The notes under the pieces were generated by a model. It did not search any database and was not told the DNA's origin. It saw only the letters and a list, made by a program, of their open reading frames with translations. 64,000 nucleotides of DNA from Alphaproteobacteria bacterium (lineage in GTDB: Bacteria; Pseudomonadota; Alphaproteobacteria; Rs-D84). A program made the translations under genes and the position numbers. The stretch covers positions 1,647-65,646 of the forward strand of contig JAFZHX010000003.1 in assembly GCA_017554665.1 (NCBI GenBank), given 5' to 3'. Shown here piece after piece: positions 21,667 through 31,366 of this stretch; the stretch's first letter is position 1; each line of letters begins with the position of its first letter.

Positions 21667-22674
21667 TTATTGAGCAACATGATTGTTTAGTTCAACGATA
21701 AGTTTTTCTAATCTTGTTGCTGTTTCTGTGTCGTTCAAAGCGATTGCAATTGTGTATGCTGATTCCAAATCGCTACGAGCTGCTTCCATGTTACCATTTT
21801 GCAAGTTCAAAGCAGCAGATTTTTCAAAATAGCTCATCGCTTTGCTGGACAATGCTTCGCGTGCGTCCATTGTTTGTGCACCTTGAATCTGTTCTGAAAT
21901 AATACGAACAGCAGAAGAGTAATCGTTAATAGCTTCTTCAAGGTTACCCATTGCTGTATATGCTTCTGCACGATCTGCATATACTGTTGGGTCTACTGTA
22001 CCATCTGGACGTGCCAAAGAGTTTGTGAAGTCTGCAACAGCACCTTGCCAGTTTTTCAACCACAAATTCAATTTGCCGCGTTTTGCATACAAGTCACGCA
22101 TTTGCAAAATGATAGTTGGGTTTGTTGTGTTTGCTGCCAATGCGTTATTAATGTCGTTCATTGCAGAGTTGTAGTCTTCCAAGCGAGTGTGCAACAAATA
22201 ACGATCATAGTATGCAATTGCGTTTGTAGGATCTTTTAACAAAGCAGTGTTAAAGTCAGACATTGCACTTGAGTAATCACCAGATTGCATGTGTGCTTCA
22301 CCGCGCAAGATGTATGTATCAACAGATGCGACACCTGTATCGATTGCAGCTGTCAAATCTGTAATAGCTTCACTGATGTTGCCTTCTGTTAATTTTGTTT
22401 TACCGCTTTCATAGTAATCACCAGACTGCAACAAGATTTCTTCTGTTATCTGAGCAGAAGGTACTGTTGGTTGAATGCTGTGTGTGCGACCTAAAATATA
22501 AAATGTCGCTGCGATAAAGAACAAAATAATAAACCAATAAACATAAATCGACAAAGACCATGCGTTTGAACAAGGTTTTGAAACGACTTTTTTTGCAACT
22601 GGTTTAGATGCTACAGGTCTTACTTTTACTGGGCTTTTTTTGTTTTTTGAGTTTTTTACAGGTGTTTTTTTCAT
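21667..22674 (-). CDS. TPR-repeat protein with Lys/Pro/Val-rich N-terminus and one TM segment
   Basis: N-term MKKTPVKNSKNKKSPVKVRPVASKPVAKK, TM WFIILFFIAATFYIL, then TPR-like repeats. Confidence 0.5.
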   Translation of the reverse strand: MKKTPVKNSKNKKSPVKVRPVASKPVAKKVVSKPCSNAWSLSIYVYWFIILFFIAATFYILGRTHSIQPTVPSAQITEEILLQSGDYYESGKTKLTEGNISEAITDLTAAIDTGVASVDTYILRGEAHMQSGDYSSAMSDFNTALLKDPTNAIAYYDRYLLHTRLEDYNSAMNDINNALAANTTNPTIILQMRDLYAKRGKLNLWLKNWQGAVADFTNSLARPDGTVDPTVYADRAEAYTAMGNLEEAINDYSSAVRIISEQIQGAQTMDAREALSSKAMSYFEKSAALNLQNGNMEAARSDLESAYTIAIALNDTETATRLEKLIVELNNHVAQ

Positions 22675-22703
22675 GTTAAATCTCCCTTCCTTTTAATAGA
22701 ATA

Positions 22704-23402
22704 TTAAAGAGATTTTAACAATTCGTCAATTGTTTTCTGAGGCACTGGTTCAATTTTTCCAACAGAAAGTTTTTTTAGTTTGATATTTCCAAAAGAAACT
22801 CGATGCAGTTTATGCACCGGACATCCGCACGCAGCAAGAACTATCCTTACTTCGTTCTTTTTTCCTTCACATATCGATACGCGTAAATTATTCCCACCAA
22901 TTAGGTCTATTTTCATAGGCGAATATCTGATTCCATCAACAGTTATACCTTTGCGTGCGGCATCTAGTCCTGAAAAATCTTTGCAAGATACTGTTGCGAT
23001 ATATGTGCGCGGAATTTTTGAAGAAGGTAAAGTTAACTTTCGTGCTAATTCACCATCGTTTGTTAGCAACAATAAACCAGTAGTTTTAAAATCAAGTCTG
23101 CCAATATATTTTAGATTTTTGTATTCCACAGGCAAGCAATCATATATAGTTTTTCGACCTTGTGGATCGGATGTGGTAGTCATTGTATTTATTGGCTTGT
23201 GAAACATATATAATTGCAAGCCGTTTTTTTGTTTTATTTTTTTGCCGTTAACTTCTATAACATCATCTTCTTCGACAAAGAAAACAGGAGTGTCTACTAC
23301 ATTACCATTAACACGGACAAGACCTAATGAAATCAGTTCTTCTGCGCCACGGCGAGAAGCAGTACCTGAATCAGCAATAGCTTTTGCGATTCTGATAGCC
23401 AT
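22704..23402 (-). CDS. rRNA pseudouridine synthase, RsuA/RluB family (S4 domain + catalytic domain)
   Basis: N-terminal S4 RNA-binding motif GTASRRGAEELISLGLVRVNG; size fits RsuA. Confidence 0.75.
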   Translation of the reverse strand: MAIRIAKAIADSGTASRRGAEELISLGLVRVNGNVVDTPVFFVEEDDVIEVNGKKIKQKNGLQLYMFHKPINTMTTTSDPQGRKTIYDCLPVEYKNLKYIGRLDFKTTGLLLLTNDGELARKLTLPSSKIPRTYIATVSCKDFSGLDAARKGITVDGIRYSPMKIDLIGGNNLRVSICEGKKNEVRIVLAACGCPVHKLHRVSFGNIKLKKLSVGKIEPVPQKTIDELLKSL

Positions 23403-24058
23403 TATTTCACCACCTTGGCAATTGCGACAGCCGCTGCCAGTTCTGCGCGTAATATTGTTTTGCCAAGTGAAATCCCGTATGCCCCTGCAGCATCCAGCGC
23501 AACAAATTCGGCATCGGAAAATCCACCTTCTGGTCCAATCAAGATAGATGTTATATCCCCTGCTCCAACATTTACCTTGTGGCCATATGCAGCTCTTTCA
23601 TCGGCAAACACAACACCCTTTAAATCTAGACTAGAAAATTTAATAGGTGTTTTGATTACGGGAACGCTATTTCTGTTTGATTGTTCTGCAGCTTCGATAA
23701 CTATTTTCTGCATTCTTTCCCAATTTATATGATTTGCGTTTGTGCGGTCTGTTATGACAGGTTGAAAAGCACATACCCCCATCTGTGTTGCCATATTTAA
23801 CAAATCGTCAGTTCTTTTAATGGGCGCGAACATCAAGGTAATATTATTTGAGGGGTCGTCATGTTCTGTTTTTTCGCCGATAATCAGAAATTTTTTATCA
23901 TCAGACAATGTTGCGTTATATTCATTACCATTGCCAAATACCAAGCAAGTATCTGTACGCATAACACGGCTTAGATAATGTACGATATCTTTTTCTGCCG
24001 GTGTTTGAATACCGGATTCGATATTTTCTTTGATAAAGATTCTCGGAATATTTTTCAT
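23402..24058 (-). CDS. rsmE: 16S rRNA (uracil1498-N3)-methyltransferase RsmE
   Basis: PUA-like N-term and SPOUT C-terminus GPEGGFS. Confidence 0.75.
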   Translation of the reverse strand: MKNIPRIFIKENIESGIQTPAEKDIVHYLSRVMRTDTCLVFGNGNEYNATLSDDKKFLIIGEKTEHDDPSNNITLMFAPIKRTDDLLNMATQMGVCAFQPVITDRTNANHINWERMQKIVIEAAEQSNRNSVPVIKTPIKFSSLDLKGVVFADERAAYGHKVNVGAGDITSILIGPEGGFSDAEFVALDAAGAYGISLGKTILRAELAAAVAIAKVVK

Positions 24059-24114
24059 ATTTTTTATAATTCCTGATTTATAAATTATGTTTTTTCTGAT
24101 ATAATATTATCACC

Positions 24115-26355
24115 ATGGCAAAGAAATTCAACTTATTATCGGCATCTGGTAAAGGAAAAGGTATAAATATTTTCCGCTCCAGCGCATACAAAGAGCACGA
24201 GCAAACACCTCTCGCGCGTGAGTTTTGGTCTATTCGCTGGACTATAATTGTCTGGTTGATTGCAGCATTAATGTTTGCGTGTTCTTTTCCAATAGAACAC
24301 ATTTGGCGCTATGGCTGGTCTCCTGCTACTAAGCATTGGATTGATGTGTTTTTTGTCCAAGCCGTATCTACATTTGGGCTTTCTATTCTGGCAGAAGTTC
24401 CATATTGGTTTGTTCGTTGTATTGCGCGTCCTGATTGGTCATGTATTGCGCCGTTGTTACCTTTGGTTGGTTATTATTTGTTGGCAGACGCAACTATGAC
24501 AGACGAATTTAACCCACATGCCAAGGATAAATTTGATGAAAAATCTTCGCGCAAGGCCAATGCAGACGATATCAAAAAAATGGGTACAGACTACAAGAAC
24601 AAAGACGGTCTGTTCAAAGGGTTTATGATGGTCTTGGGCTTCTTCAAGAGCAAACCTCTTAAAATGGACGAAACTTTATCTGCTTTGTTACTTGCTCCTG
24701 CTGGTACTGGTAAAACACAGGGTGTTGTAATTCCGACTATTTTAGGTTGTGATAATGTTTCAATGATTATTAATGACCCTAAGCCTGAATTGGATGGTGC
24801 TACATCTGCATATCGTGCAACTATTGGTCCTGTATTTATTATGAATTGGGCGGCGCGTGACGAACCGGAACGCGGTATATATTATCCTGCTTGGAATCCT
24901 TTGTCTCCGGAAAACTTGCCAGATAATGACGAAGAAAAAAGCACATATATTCAGGTTATTGTTAACTCTATTATTGAAGAAAACGCCAAAGACCCACACT
25001 GGTCTAATACTGCGCGTGCTGCGTTAACTGGCTTTATTAACTTTATTGTATCCAAAGTAGAACGCGCCAAGGCGAACGACTATTTTTATCACAGATTGAA
25101 AAACGGTACATTTGATTCTCAAGACGCGACTGTTTTGATGGATTACTATATGACGATGACATCAGATCCAAATGCGTATGCTGCGATGTCTTTATTGCAA
25201 CGCGGAGAATTAAATATTAACAACTATGTTCATGTTGGAACATGGGGTGGCTTGCCTTCTGAGTGGCATGGTGGCGAAGCTTCTATTCCAATGTTCTTGG
25301 CTTGGTATGTCGAAGGTCAAATAAAGGTTGCAAATGAACTTGAAGAACGCAAGCGTCAAGGCGACCAAATGGTTATGATGGCAGACCCAATGAAAGATTT
25401 CTTAACAGAAGCTGTAAACGAAGCTCGTCTGTATGCATATGACAGTGATGCTGTTTCTGCTTTAATTAACTTGTCTAATACACCTGATAAAGAACGTGGT
25501 TCTGTTATATCTACAATGAATGCTGGATTGAATATTTTCCGTCATCCTGCGGTTAACAAACATACTCGTCATTCTGACATACATTTCGGCGATATGCGTG
25601 GTATGGTTGATCCTACAGATGGTAAGATGAAGCCAATCACGATTTACTTGTCAATGAATGTTGCGGATGCGCCTGCGTTCAGTCCTATTACCACTATGTT
25701 TATTGAACTGTTATCGAACTTCTTGATTGCGAATAAGCCAGATCAAGTAAATCATGGTCAAAAGCTCGGGCCTTACGCTGCTCTGTTTGTGTTGGACGAA
25801 ATGCCAACGATGAACAAGCTAGAGGCTATTATTCGTGGTCCTGCGGTTGGTCGTGGTCAGAAAGTATCTTATTTGATTGTTGGTCAGGATATTAGTCAGA
25901 TTGCAGAAAAGTACGGCGACAAAGCTGCTGATACAATTATTGCTAATACTGCGGCCAAGGTTATCTTGCGTGTGAATGATCCTGCAACAGCTGAACGCTT
26001 TACTCGTATGATTGGCAAGAAAAAGACCAAGAAAAAGGAAAAAGGTCCAGATGGCAAGGATAAAGAAGTAGATAAAGAAGAAGATTTGTTTAGTCCAATG
26101 GATTTGATGACATTGCCAAAGGGTAAACAGCTTGTTCTGATGCAGGGTTATTATAATCGCCCAATTGAAGCTGATGGAGAATGGCATTTCTATCGTAAAA
26201 ATGCGGTGCAGATTGCCATGAATGACAAGGTGAGAATGGGACGTGCTTCGCCAATACCTGAATATTTAATACCAAAGCATCATCGTGCGTTGCGATATGC
26301 GGGTAAGCCTTGTGTGTATGATGCGAAAACCCAAAAAATAAAAGAATTATCCTAA
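24115..26355 (+). CDS. virD4: Type IV secretion coupling protein, VirD4/TraG/TrwB family (T4CP)
   Basis: Two N-terminal TM segments; Walker A LLLAPAGTGKTQGVVIPTIL; Walker B/T4CP motif ALFVLDEMPTMNKLE; ANTAAKVILRVND; Lys-rich C-terminal tail. Confidence 0.8.
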   Translation: MAKKFNLLSASGKGKGINIFRSSAYKEHEQTPLAREFWSIRWTIIVWLIAALMFACSFPIEHIWRYGWSPATKHWIDVFFVQAVSTFGLSILAEVPYWFVRCIARPDWSCIAPLLPLVGYYLLADATMTDEFNPHAKDKFDEKSSRKANADDIKKMGTDYKNKDGLFKGFMMVLGFFKSKPLKMDETLSALLLAPAGTGKTQGVVIPTILGCDNVSMIINDPKPELDGATSAYRATIGPVFIMNWAARDEPERGIYYPAWNPLSPENLPDNDEEKSTYIQVIVNSIIEENAKDPHWSNTARAALTGFINFIVSKVERAKANDYFYHRLKNGTFDSQDATVLMDYYMTMTSDPNAYAAMSLLQRGELNINNYVHVGTWGGLPSEWHGGEASIPMFLAWYVEGQIKVANELEERKRQGDQMVMMADPMKDFLTEAVNEARLYAYDSDAVSALINLSNTPDKERGSVISTMNAGLNIFRHPAVNKHTRHSDIHFGDMRGMVDPTDGKMKPITIYLSMNVADAPAFSPITTMFIELLSNFLIANKPDQVNHGQKLGPYAALFVLDEMPTMNKLEAIIRGPAVGRGQKVSYLIVGQDISQIAEKYGDKAADTIIANTAAKVILRVNDPATAERFTRMIGKKKTKKKEKGPDGKDKEVDKEEDLFSPMDLMTLPKGKQLVLMQGYYNRPIEADGEWHFYRKNAVQIAMNDKVRMGRASPIPEYLIPKHHRALRYAGKPCVYDAKTQKIKELS

Positions 26356-26388
26356 TAAAAAAAGCCGGTTTTTACCGGTCTTTTTATT
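26356..26388. terminator. Bidirectional intrinsic terminator (GCCGG family)
   Basis: aaaaaaAGCCGGTttttACCGGTCttttt. Confidence 0.55.
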
Positions 26389-27250
26389 ATATTTTTAACT
26401 TCTTTTTCATCTCTGTTAATACAGGTACTTCGATTCCTAATGTGTTTGCGCGTTCTATAAGACCGCACAGTGCATGGATACCTTCAACAGTTCCTTCGGC
26501 TTTCAAACCGTTGGCAATTGCGATCCCACCAGAGTAATTACGGCTGGTTGTGCTTGTTGCAGACAAGAACAAATCACCTAAGCCACAAAGTCCTAAAAAT
26601 GTTGCGACTTGTGCGCCTGATGCAATACCGATTTTTACAACATCGTCCCAAACGCGTGTGAACAACAAAGCGCGTTCGTTTTCTCCGCGTGCCATAACAG
26701 AATTGTAGCCACTGATAAGAGCTGCTGCGTTTTTACCAACACCGCAAATTTCTGTGCCGATAACATCGCTAATAGGTTCTAAATATAATTTGTTTAATGC
26801 TTGTTGTGCTGCGACAATTGCATTGTTTGTGCCAGCAAGTGTCGAGCCCGTAGGAACGCCTTGTGCAACTTCTGCTGCGAATTGTGGTCCAGAAAGAACA
26901 CCGAAATCAACACATTCTGGCAATACATCGTGCAGTATTTCAGACATAAATTCACCTGTCGAGCATTCTGCGCCTTTTGTGCAAATAATAACAGGTTGTC
27001 CGTTATAAAATTCGCGTGCTTTTTTTAGTGTTTCTCGGAAAAAAGCAGATGGAGTTACGATTAACCATGTGTCAGTTTCTCTCAAATTGGACATTTCTTT
27101 GGTTATGGTCAAGCCGTTTGGCATTGTTACACCATCGAATTCTTTATACTGACCGTCAAACGACCATAATACAGTTTCATTTCCGCTGTGTGTTGCAGTT
27201 ATAGCCAGTGCGGTCCCCCAAGCGCCCGCACCAATTACGCCTATTTTCAT
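26387..27250 (-). CDS. gpsA: NAD(P)H-dependent glycerol-3-phosphate dehydrogenase
   Basis: MKIGVIGAGAWGTALA Rossmann N-terminus. Confidence 0.85.
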   Translation of the reverse strand: MKIGVIGAGAWGTALAITATHSGNETVLWSFDGQYKEFDGVTMPNGLTITKEMSNLRETDTWLIVTPSAFFRETLKKAREFYNGQPVIICTKGAECSTGEFMSEILHDVLPECVDFGVLSGPQFAAEVAQGVPTGSTLAGTNNAIVAAQQALNKLYLEPISDVIGTEICGVGKNAAALISGYNSVMARGENERALLFTRVWDDVVKIGIASGAQVATFLGLCGLGDLFLSATSTTSRNYSGGIAIANGLKAEGTVEGIHALCGLIERANTLGIEVPVLTEMKKKLKI

Positions 27251-28869
27251 TTTAGTTTCCTTATTTTTCTTTCTATTTCAGGGACGACTATTAATCCATC
27301 ATCAGATAAATCGATTGCACGCATGTATGATTTACGGGCCTGTTCATATTCTCCGATTGCTTCATACATGTCCCCTAAGTGCTTATAAAGAGGTGAGTGT
27401 GTTTGTGATACTTCGGTTACGCGTTCCAATATTTCCAAAGCAGCATCAACACCTTCACGAACTGCGACAACAATACTTAAAGCGTCCCATGCACTAGTGT
27501 TGCTTGGATTCTTTGCAACAAGTGTCATTGCATACTTGTAAGCATTTTCTATTTCTCTATTTTGTACAGCCCAAATCTTTGCTTGCAACAAGATAATATC
27601 TGTGTCGATACGCAGTTTGTCAGATGCAAGTTTTATATCTTCTTGCGCCTTGTCATAGTCGCCAAAAGAATAATAAATTTGTGCACGTGTTTTTGCAAAA
27701 AGCGCCCTACCCGCATCATTTATATTTTTCTGTTTCATTGCTTTGTTAACGATGCGCAATGCTGCGCGTTTATTGCCTGTTTTGATGTAATGGCTAACAG
27801 CTTTTTTTACAGCAGGTGCAAACAAAGGATGTTTTTGTAAAATTGCTTCCAGTTGAGCTATATTGTTGCTTTTTTCTGCTTTGCGCAACATTGCAAAAGG
27901 ATAAAATGGGCTGTCTGGACTTATTTTATCAAAAAACTGTTCGTATTTTCCAGTGTTTGTATAAAAGTATTGGCCTAAATAATAATTGATAGCGTCTGTA
28001 TTTTTTGTAAATTCAGGAGCTGTTGTTTGTGCAAAACGCAACATTAATATCGCCATATCAGAATACATTAGGATCTGAGTATGAGATACGTTTTGTACCA
28101 AACTAAAAGCCAATGCGTTTTTAAATCCGCTATACGCAGACCAGTCTGGAACCTTGTCAAAGTTCGCTAAAAACAGTCCTGTTGGTCTGCTTGTATATTT
28201 TTCTTTAAGGTTTTCTGCTTTGTCTGCCATGTCGTGATGTGTGTAAAATGACATCAGATACAAATAATCATTTATATTCATAAAGTCTGTTGTAACGGCA
28301 TCAAAGTGCGTGGTTGCTTTTTCTATATCGCCAAGCTCTGCATAAATTTGTCCGCGAACAAATTCGCGCCAAGATTCGTTTACAGGCAAGCTATCTATGT
28401 ATTTAAAAGTATTTTTTCGCCAGTCATTAGCAATTGCCGGCCAGATTCTAAATGGCGCAATTAATGTTGCTGTTTCGTTTTTGTGGCGATTGTGCATTTC
28501 TTTCCAGTTGTCGTTTTTTACCAACCATGCATCATAAATAAATTTCGCTGTCAGAGTCTTTTCGGAACGCAATAATTGTACATCTGCTGGTATTTGTCCG
28601 CTAAGAAATTCGGATAATATCTTTGCGTTATGAATAATAGGATACTCGGTAGCTCTTAGGCGAGATGTATGCTTAATAGCATTGTCAAAATCATTGACAT
28701 GAATAGCATGCTGCGCCGCTAAAAAAGAACCAAATTGTGAACTAGGAAAACTGTAAGAGTTTTCTTCAGTTGTTGTTATTTTGTTTGTTTTTTGCCAAGT
28801 TGCAACACCCGTCACAATCAAGACAGCGAACAAACTGATAGTAATAAATATGCTTTCTATTTTTCTCAT
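27247..28869 (-). CDS. TPR-repeat protein with N-terminal membrane anchor
   Basis: TM ESIFITISLFAVLIVTGVATW then long TPR-like helical repeats; overlaps gpsA start by 4 nt. Confidence 0.5.
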   Translation of the reverse strand: MRKIESIFITISLFAVLIVTGVATWQKTNKITTTEENSYSFPSSQFGSFLAAQHAIHVNDFDNAIKHTSRLRATEYPIIHNAKILSEFLSGQIPADVQLLRSEKTLTAKFIYDAWLVKNDNWKEMHNRHKNETATLIAPFRIWPAIANDWRKNTFKYIDSLPVNESWREFVRGQIYAELGDIEKATTHFDAVTTDFMNINDYLYLMSFYTHHDMADKAENLKEKYTSRPTGLFLANFDKVPDWSAYSGFKNALAFSLVQNVSHTQILMYSDMAILMLRFAQTTAPEFTKNTDAINYYLGQYFYTNTGKYEQFFDKISPDSPFYPFAMLRKAEKSNNIAQLEAILQKHPLFAPAVKKAVSHYIKTGNKRAALRIVNKAMKQKNINDAGRALFAKTRAQIYYSFGDYDKAQEDIKLASDKLRIDTDIILLQAKIWAVQNREIENAYKYAMTLVAKNPSNTSAWDALSIVVAVREGVDAALEILERVTEVSQTHSPLYKHLGDMYEAIGEYEQARKSYMRAIDLSDDGLIVVPEIERKIRKLK

Positions 28870-28890
28870 GATTATGTTAGAATACTCTTT

Positions 28891-29451
28891 ATGATGAATA
28901 ATGTCAAATTTGAAGAATATGAAAATTTATTGCGTCAGTGGTCTGAACGCATGAATTTGGTTGCGCCAAGTACTTTGCTGGATGTAAAAAACCGGCATTT
29001 TGCCGATTCGGCACAGTTGGCGGATGTTTTACCAAGTGATGTTAAAGTTATTGATTTGGGTAGCGGTGCCGGTTTTCCTGGTGTTGTTTTGGCTGTTTTG
29101 GGCTGGAATGTTACTTGTATAGAGTCTATCGGAAAAAAAGTAGCGTTTTTATCGGCGGTCAAAGAAAAACTTGGGCTGGATAATTTGACTATTTATCATG
29201 GTCGTGTCGAAGATTATGTTCGGTCTTTACCGGCTAAAAGTGAAGAATTTGTTTTTACTGCGCGCGCTTTTGCATCGCTGGTAAAAATAATGGATTATGT
29301 TGCTAAAACAAAATACCGGCTTTTTTTGCTAAAAGGCCGGGAAATAGAGTCTGAAATTGCAGAGGCAAAACAAAAATACAAGTTTAATTATTCTTTGGTT
29401 CCATCAAAAACAGGTGATGGATATATAATAATAGTTGATTTTGCTCGGTAA
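28891..29451 (+). CDS. rsmG: 16S rRNA (guanine527-N7)-methyltransferase RsmG (GidB)
   Basis: SAM motif VIDLGSGAGFPGVVLAV; start at internal ATG 28891 (MMNNVKFEEY). Confidence 0.8.
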   Translation: MMNNVKFEEYENLLRQWSERMNLVAPSTLLDVKNRHFADSAQLADVLPSDVKVIDLGSGAGFPGVVLAVLGWNVTCIESIGKKVAFLSAVKEKLGLDNLTIYHGRVEDYVRSLPAKSEEFVFTARAFASLVKIMDYVAKTKYRLFLLKGREIESEIAEAKQKYKFNYSLVPSKTGDGYIIIVDFAR

Positions 29452-29509
29452 TTTTATATGAAATAATTTGTATCTTATTGAAAATAGTTAATTGTTTGTT
29501 AAAAGTATA

Positions 29510-29538
29510 ACAAAAAGCCGGCAAAAACCGGTTTTTTA
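29510..29538. terminator. Intrinsic terminator after rsmG (GCCGG family)
   Basis: caaaaaGCCGGCaaaaaCCGGTTtttt. Confidence 0.55.
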
Positions 29539-29557
29539 TATGTGTTGTTTATGGTAT

Positions 29558-29573
29558 GGTTTCATATGAAATG
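29558..29573. promoter_or_regulatory. Perfect 12-bp palindrome TTTCATATGAAA (parS-like half sites) upstream of parA
   Basis: ggTTTCATATGAAAtg ~100 nt upstream of parA; resembles parS TGTTTCACGTGAAACA with a TA centre. Confidence 0.25.
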
Positions 29574-29676
29574 TGTTATAAGTTTTTGAAATAAGCTGAT
29601 TTTTGGTTTTGGTATTATAAACTCTTGACCGAATCGATTGGTTTTTATATCTTTGTGTTAGAAACAAGGAAGGAAA

Positions 29677-30459
29677 ATGACAAAAATTATTGCGTTTGCT
29701 AATCAAAAAGGCGGTGTTGGAAAAACTACGACAGCAATTAACATAGGTGCTTCTCTGGCAGCAATAAAAAAACGTGTTCTTTTGATTGATTTGGATCAAC
29801 AAGGAAATGCTGGTACAGGACTTGGTTTTCAGCGTGCTTCGCATAGGGAAAGTGTTTACGGTGTTATAATGGGAACTGCAAACGCGTCCGATAATATTTT
29901 AACAACCGCTGTCAAAGGAATGCATTTGTTGCCCTCTTCTCAGGCTTTGGCTGGTGCGGATATTGATTTGTTAGATATGGAAAATCGCGAATATCGTTTG
30001 CGTGATGCTTTGCAGCCGATTTTGCCATATTATGATTTTATTTTATTAGATTGCCCGCCTGCTCTGGGTTTTTTAACTATAAATGCATTGACTGCTGCGG
30101 ATAGTGTAATTATTCCATTGCAGTGCGAATTTTTTGCGCTCGAAGGTGTGCAACAATTAACGGATACTATTTCGATTGTAAAGGAAAAATGGAATCCTCA
30201 GCTTGATATTTTGGGTGTGTTGTTAACTATGTACGAACGCAGATATAATGTAACACGTGCTGTTGATGATGATGTTCGTACTGCGTTTGGAGATAAAGTT
30301 TTTAAAACAGTAGTGCCACGTAATGTTCGTGTGTCAGAGGCTCCAAGTCATGGTATGCCAGCATTGTTTTATGATTTTAATTCAACGGGTGCACAGGCTT
30401 ATTTGCGTGTTGCAACAGAGGTAGTTCAAAGAGTAGAAGGGGAAAATTATGGCGAATAA
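29677..30459 (+). CDS. parA: Chromosome partitioning ATPase ParA (Soj)
   Basis: IAFANQKGGVGKTTTAINIGASLA deviant Walker A. Confidence 0.9.
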   Translation: MTKIIAFANQKGGVGKTTTAINIGASLAAIKKRVLLIDLDQQGNAGTGLGFQRASHRESVYGVIMGTANASDNILTTAVKGMHLLPSSQALAGADIDLLDMENREYRLRDALQPILPYYDFILLDCPPALGFLTINALTAADSVIIPLQCEFFALEGVQQLTDTISIVKEKWNPQLDILGVLLTMYERRYNVTRAVDDDVRTAFGDKVFKTVVPRNVRVSEAPSHGMPALFYDFNSTGAQAYLRVATEVVQRVEGENYGE

Positions 30460-31327
30460 ATTTGGTTTAGGTCGTGGTTTGGCAGATTTGCAGGCTTCTC
30501 GTGGTACAATACCCGATATATCGTTGTTGAGCCCCAGCGAGCGTGTTGTCGTAAAGACTATTCCACTGGCTCAAATTGGTGCAAATCCAGATCAGCCGCG
30601 TAAAACTTTTACAGAATCAGAATTGTCAGATTTGGCTGTGTCAATAAAAGAGAAGGGTGTGTTGCAACCAATTTTATTAAGAGCGGTTTCTGGTCGTCCT
30701 TATATGTATGAAATTGTTGCTGGCGAACGCAGATATCGCGCTTCCAAGATGGCGGGGTTGTCAGAAATACCAGCACTTGTAAAAACAATAAATGATACAA
30801 ATGCTATGGAAATAGCTTTGATTGAAAATGTTCAGCGCGAAAACTTGAATCCAATCGAAGAAGCAAATGCGTACAAGAATTTGATGGAATGTTGTAATTA
30901 TGAATTGCCAGATGTTTCGCGTTTAATTGGCAAATCTGAAAGTTATATTCGTAATATGTTGCGTTTAACATCATTACCAGACTCTGTACAAAGTTTGGTA
31001 GAGCAGGGAGATTTATCAGCTTCTCATGCGCGTACTATTGCTGTTGCGGAAAATCCAGAAGAACTGGCACATAAAATTATTGCAGATAAATTATCTGTTT
31101 CTAATACAGAGCGTTTGGTCAAGGCTGGTCCGCGTGCGACAACTTCTAGAAAACATACCGCAAAAACAATAGATGTTGCAACAGTGCGTGATATTGAAAA
31201 AAAGATATCAAAGGCTTTGGGTGTTGGTGCTAAATTGTCCGAACGCAGGGGTGGGGCAGGTAGTATAACTTTGTCTTTTTCTAATCGGAATCAATTGTTT
31301 GAATTAGTTGAAAAAATAACAAAATAA
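30449..31327 (+). CDS. parB: Chromosome partitioning protein ParB (Spo0J)
   Basis: ParB N-terminal box GERRYRAS and HTH; overlaps parA stop. Confidence 0.9.
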   Translation: MANKFGLGRGLADLQASRGTIPDISLLSPSERVVVKTIPLAQIGANPDQPRKTFTESELSDLAVSIKEKGVLQPILLRAVSGRPYMYEIVAGERRYRASKMAGLSEIPALVKTINDTNAMEIALIENVQRENLNPIEEANAYKNLMECCNYELPDVSRLIGKSESYIRNMLRLTSLPDSVQSLVEQGDLSASHARTIAVAENPEELAHKIIADKLSVSNTERLVKAGPRATTSRKHTAKTIDVATVRDIEKKISKALGVGAKLSERRGGAGSITLSFSNRNQLFELVEKITK

Positions 31328-31333
31328 AATTGT

Positions 31334-31366
31334 TTAAAAAAAGCCGGTAAAAGCCGGCTTTTTTGT
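31334..31366. terminator. Bidirectional intrinsic terminator (GCCGG family)
   Basis: aaaaaaaGCCGGTaaaaGCCGGCtttttt. Confidence 0.6.

Noticed and set aside
29536-29844. 102-aa minus ORF overlapping the parA start
   Set aside because: It overlaps the parA N-terminus and the rsmG terminator, with no RBS or homology.
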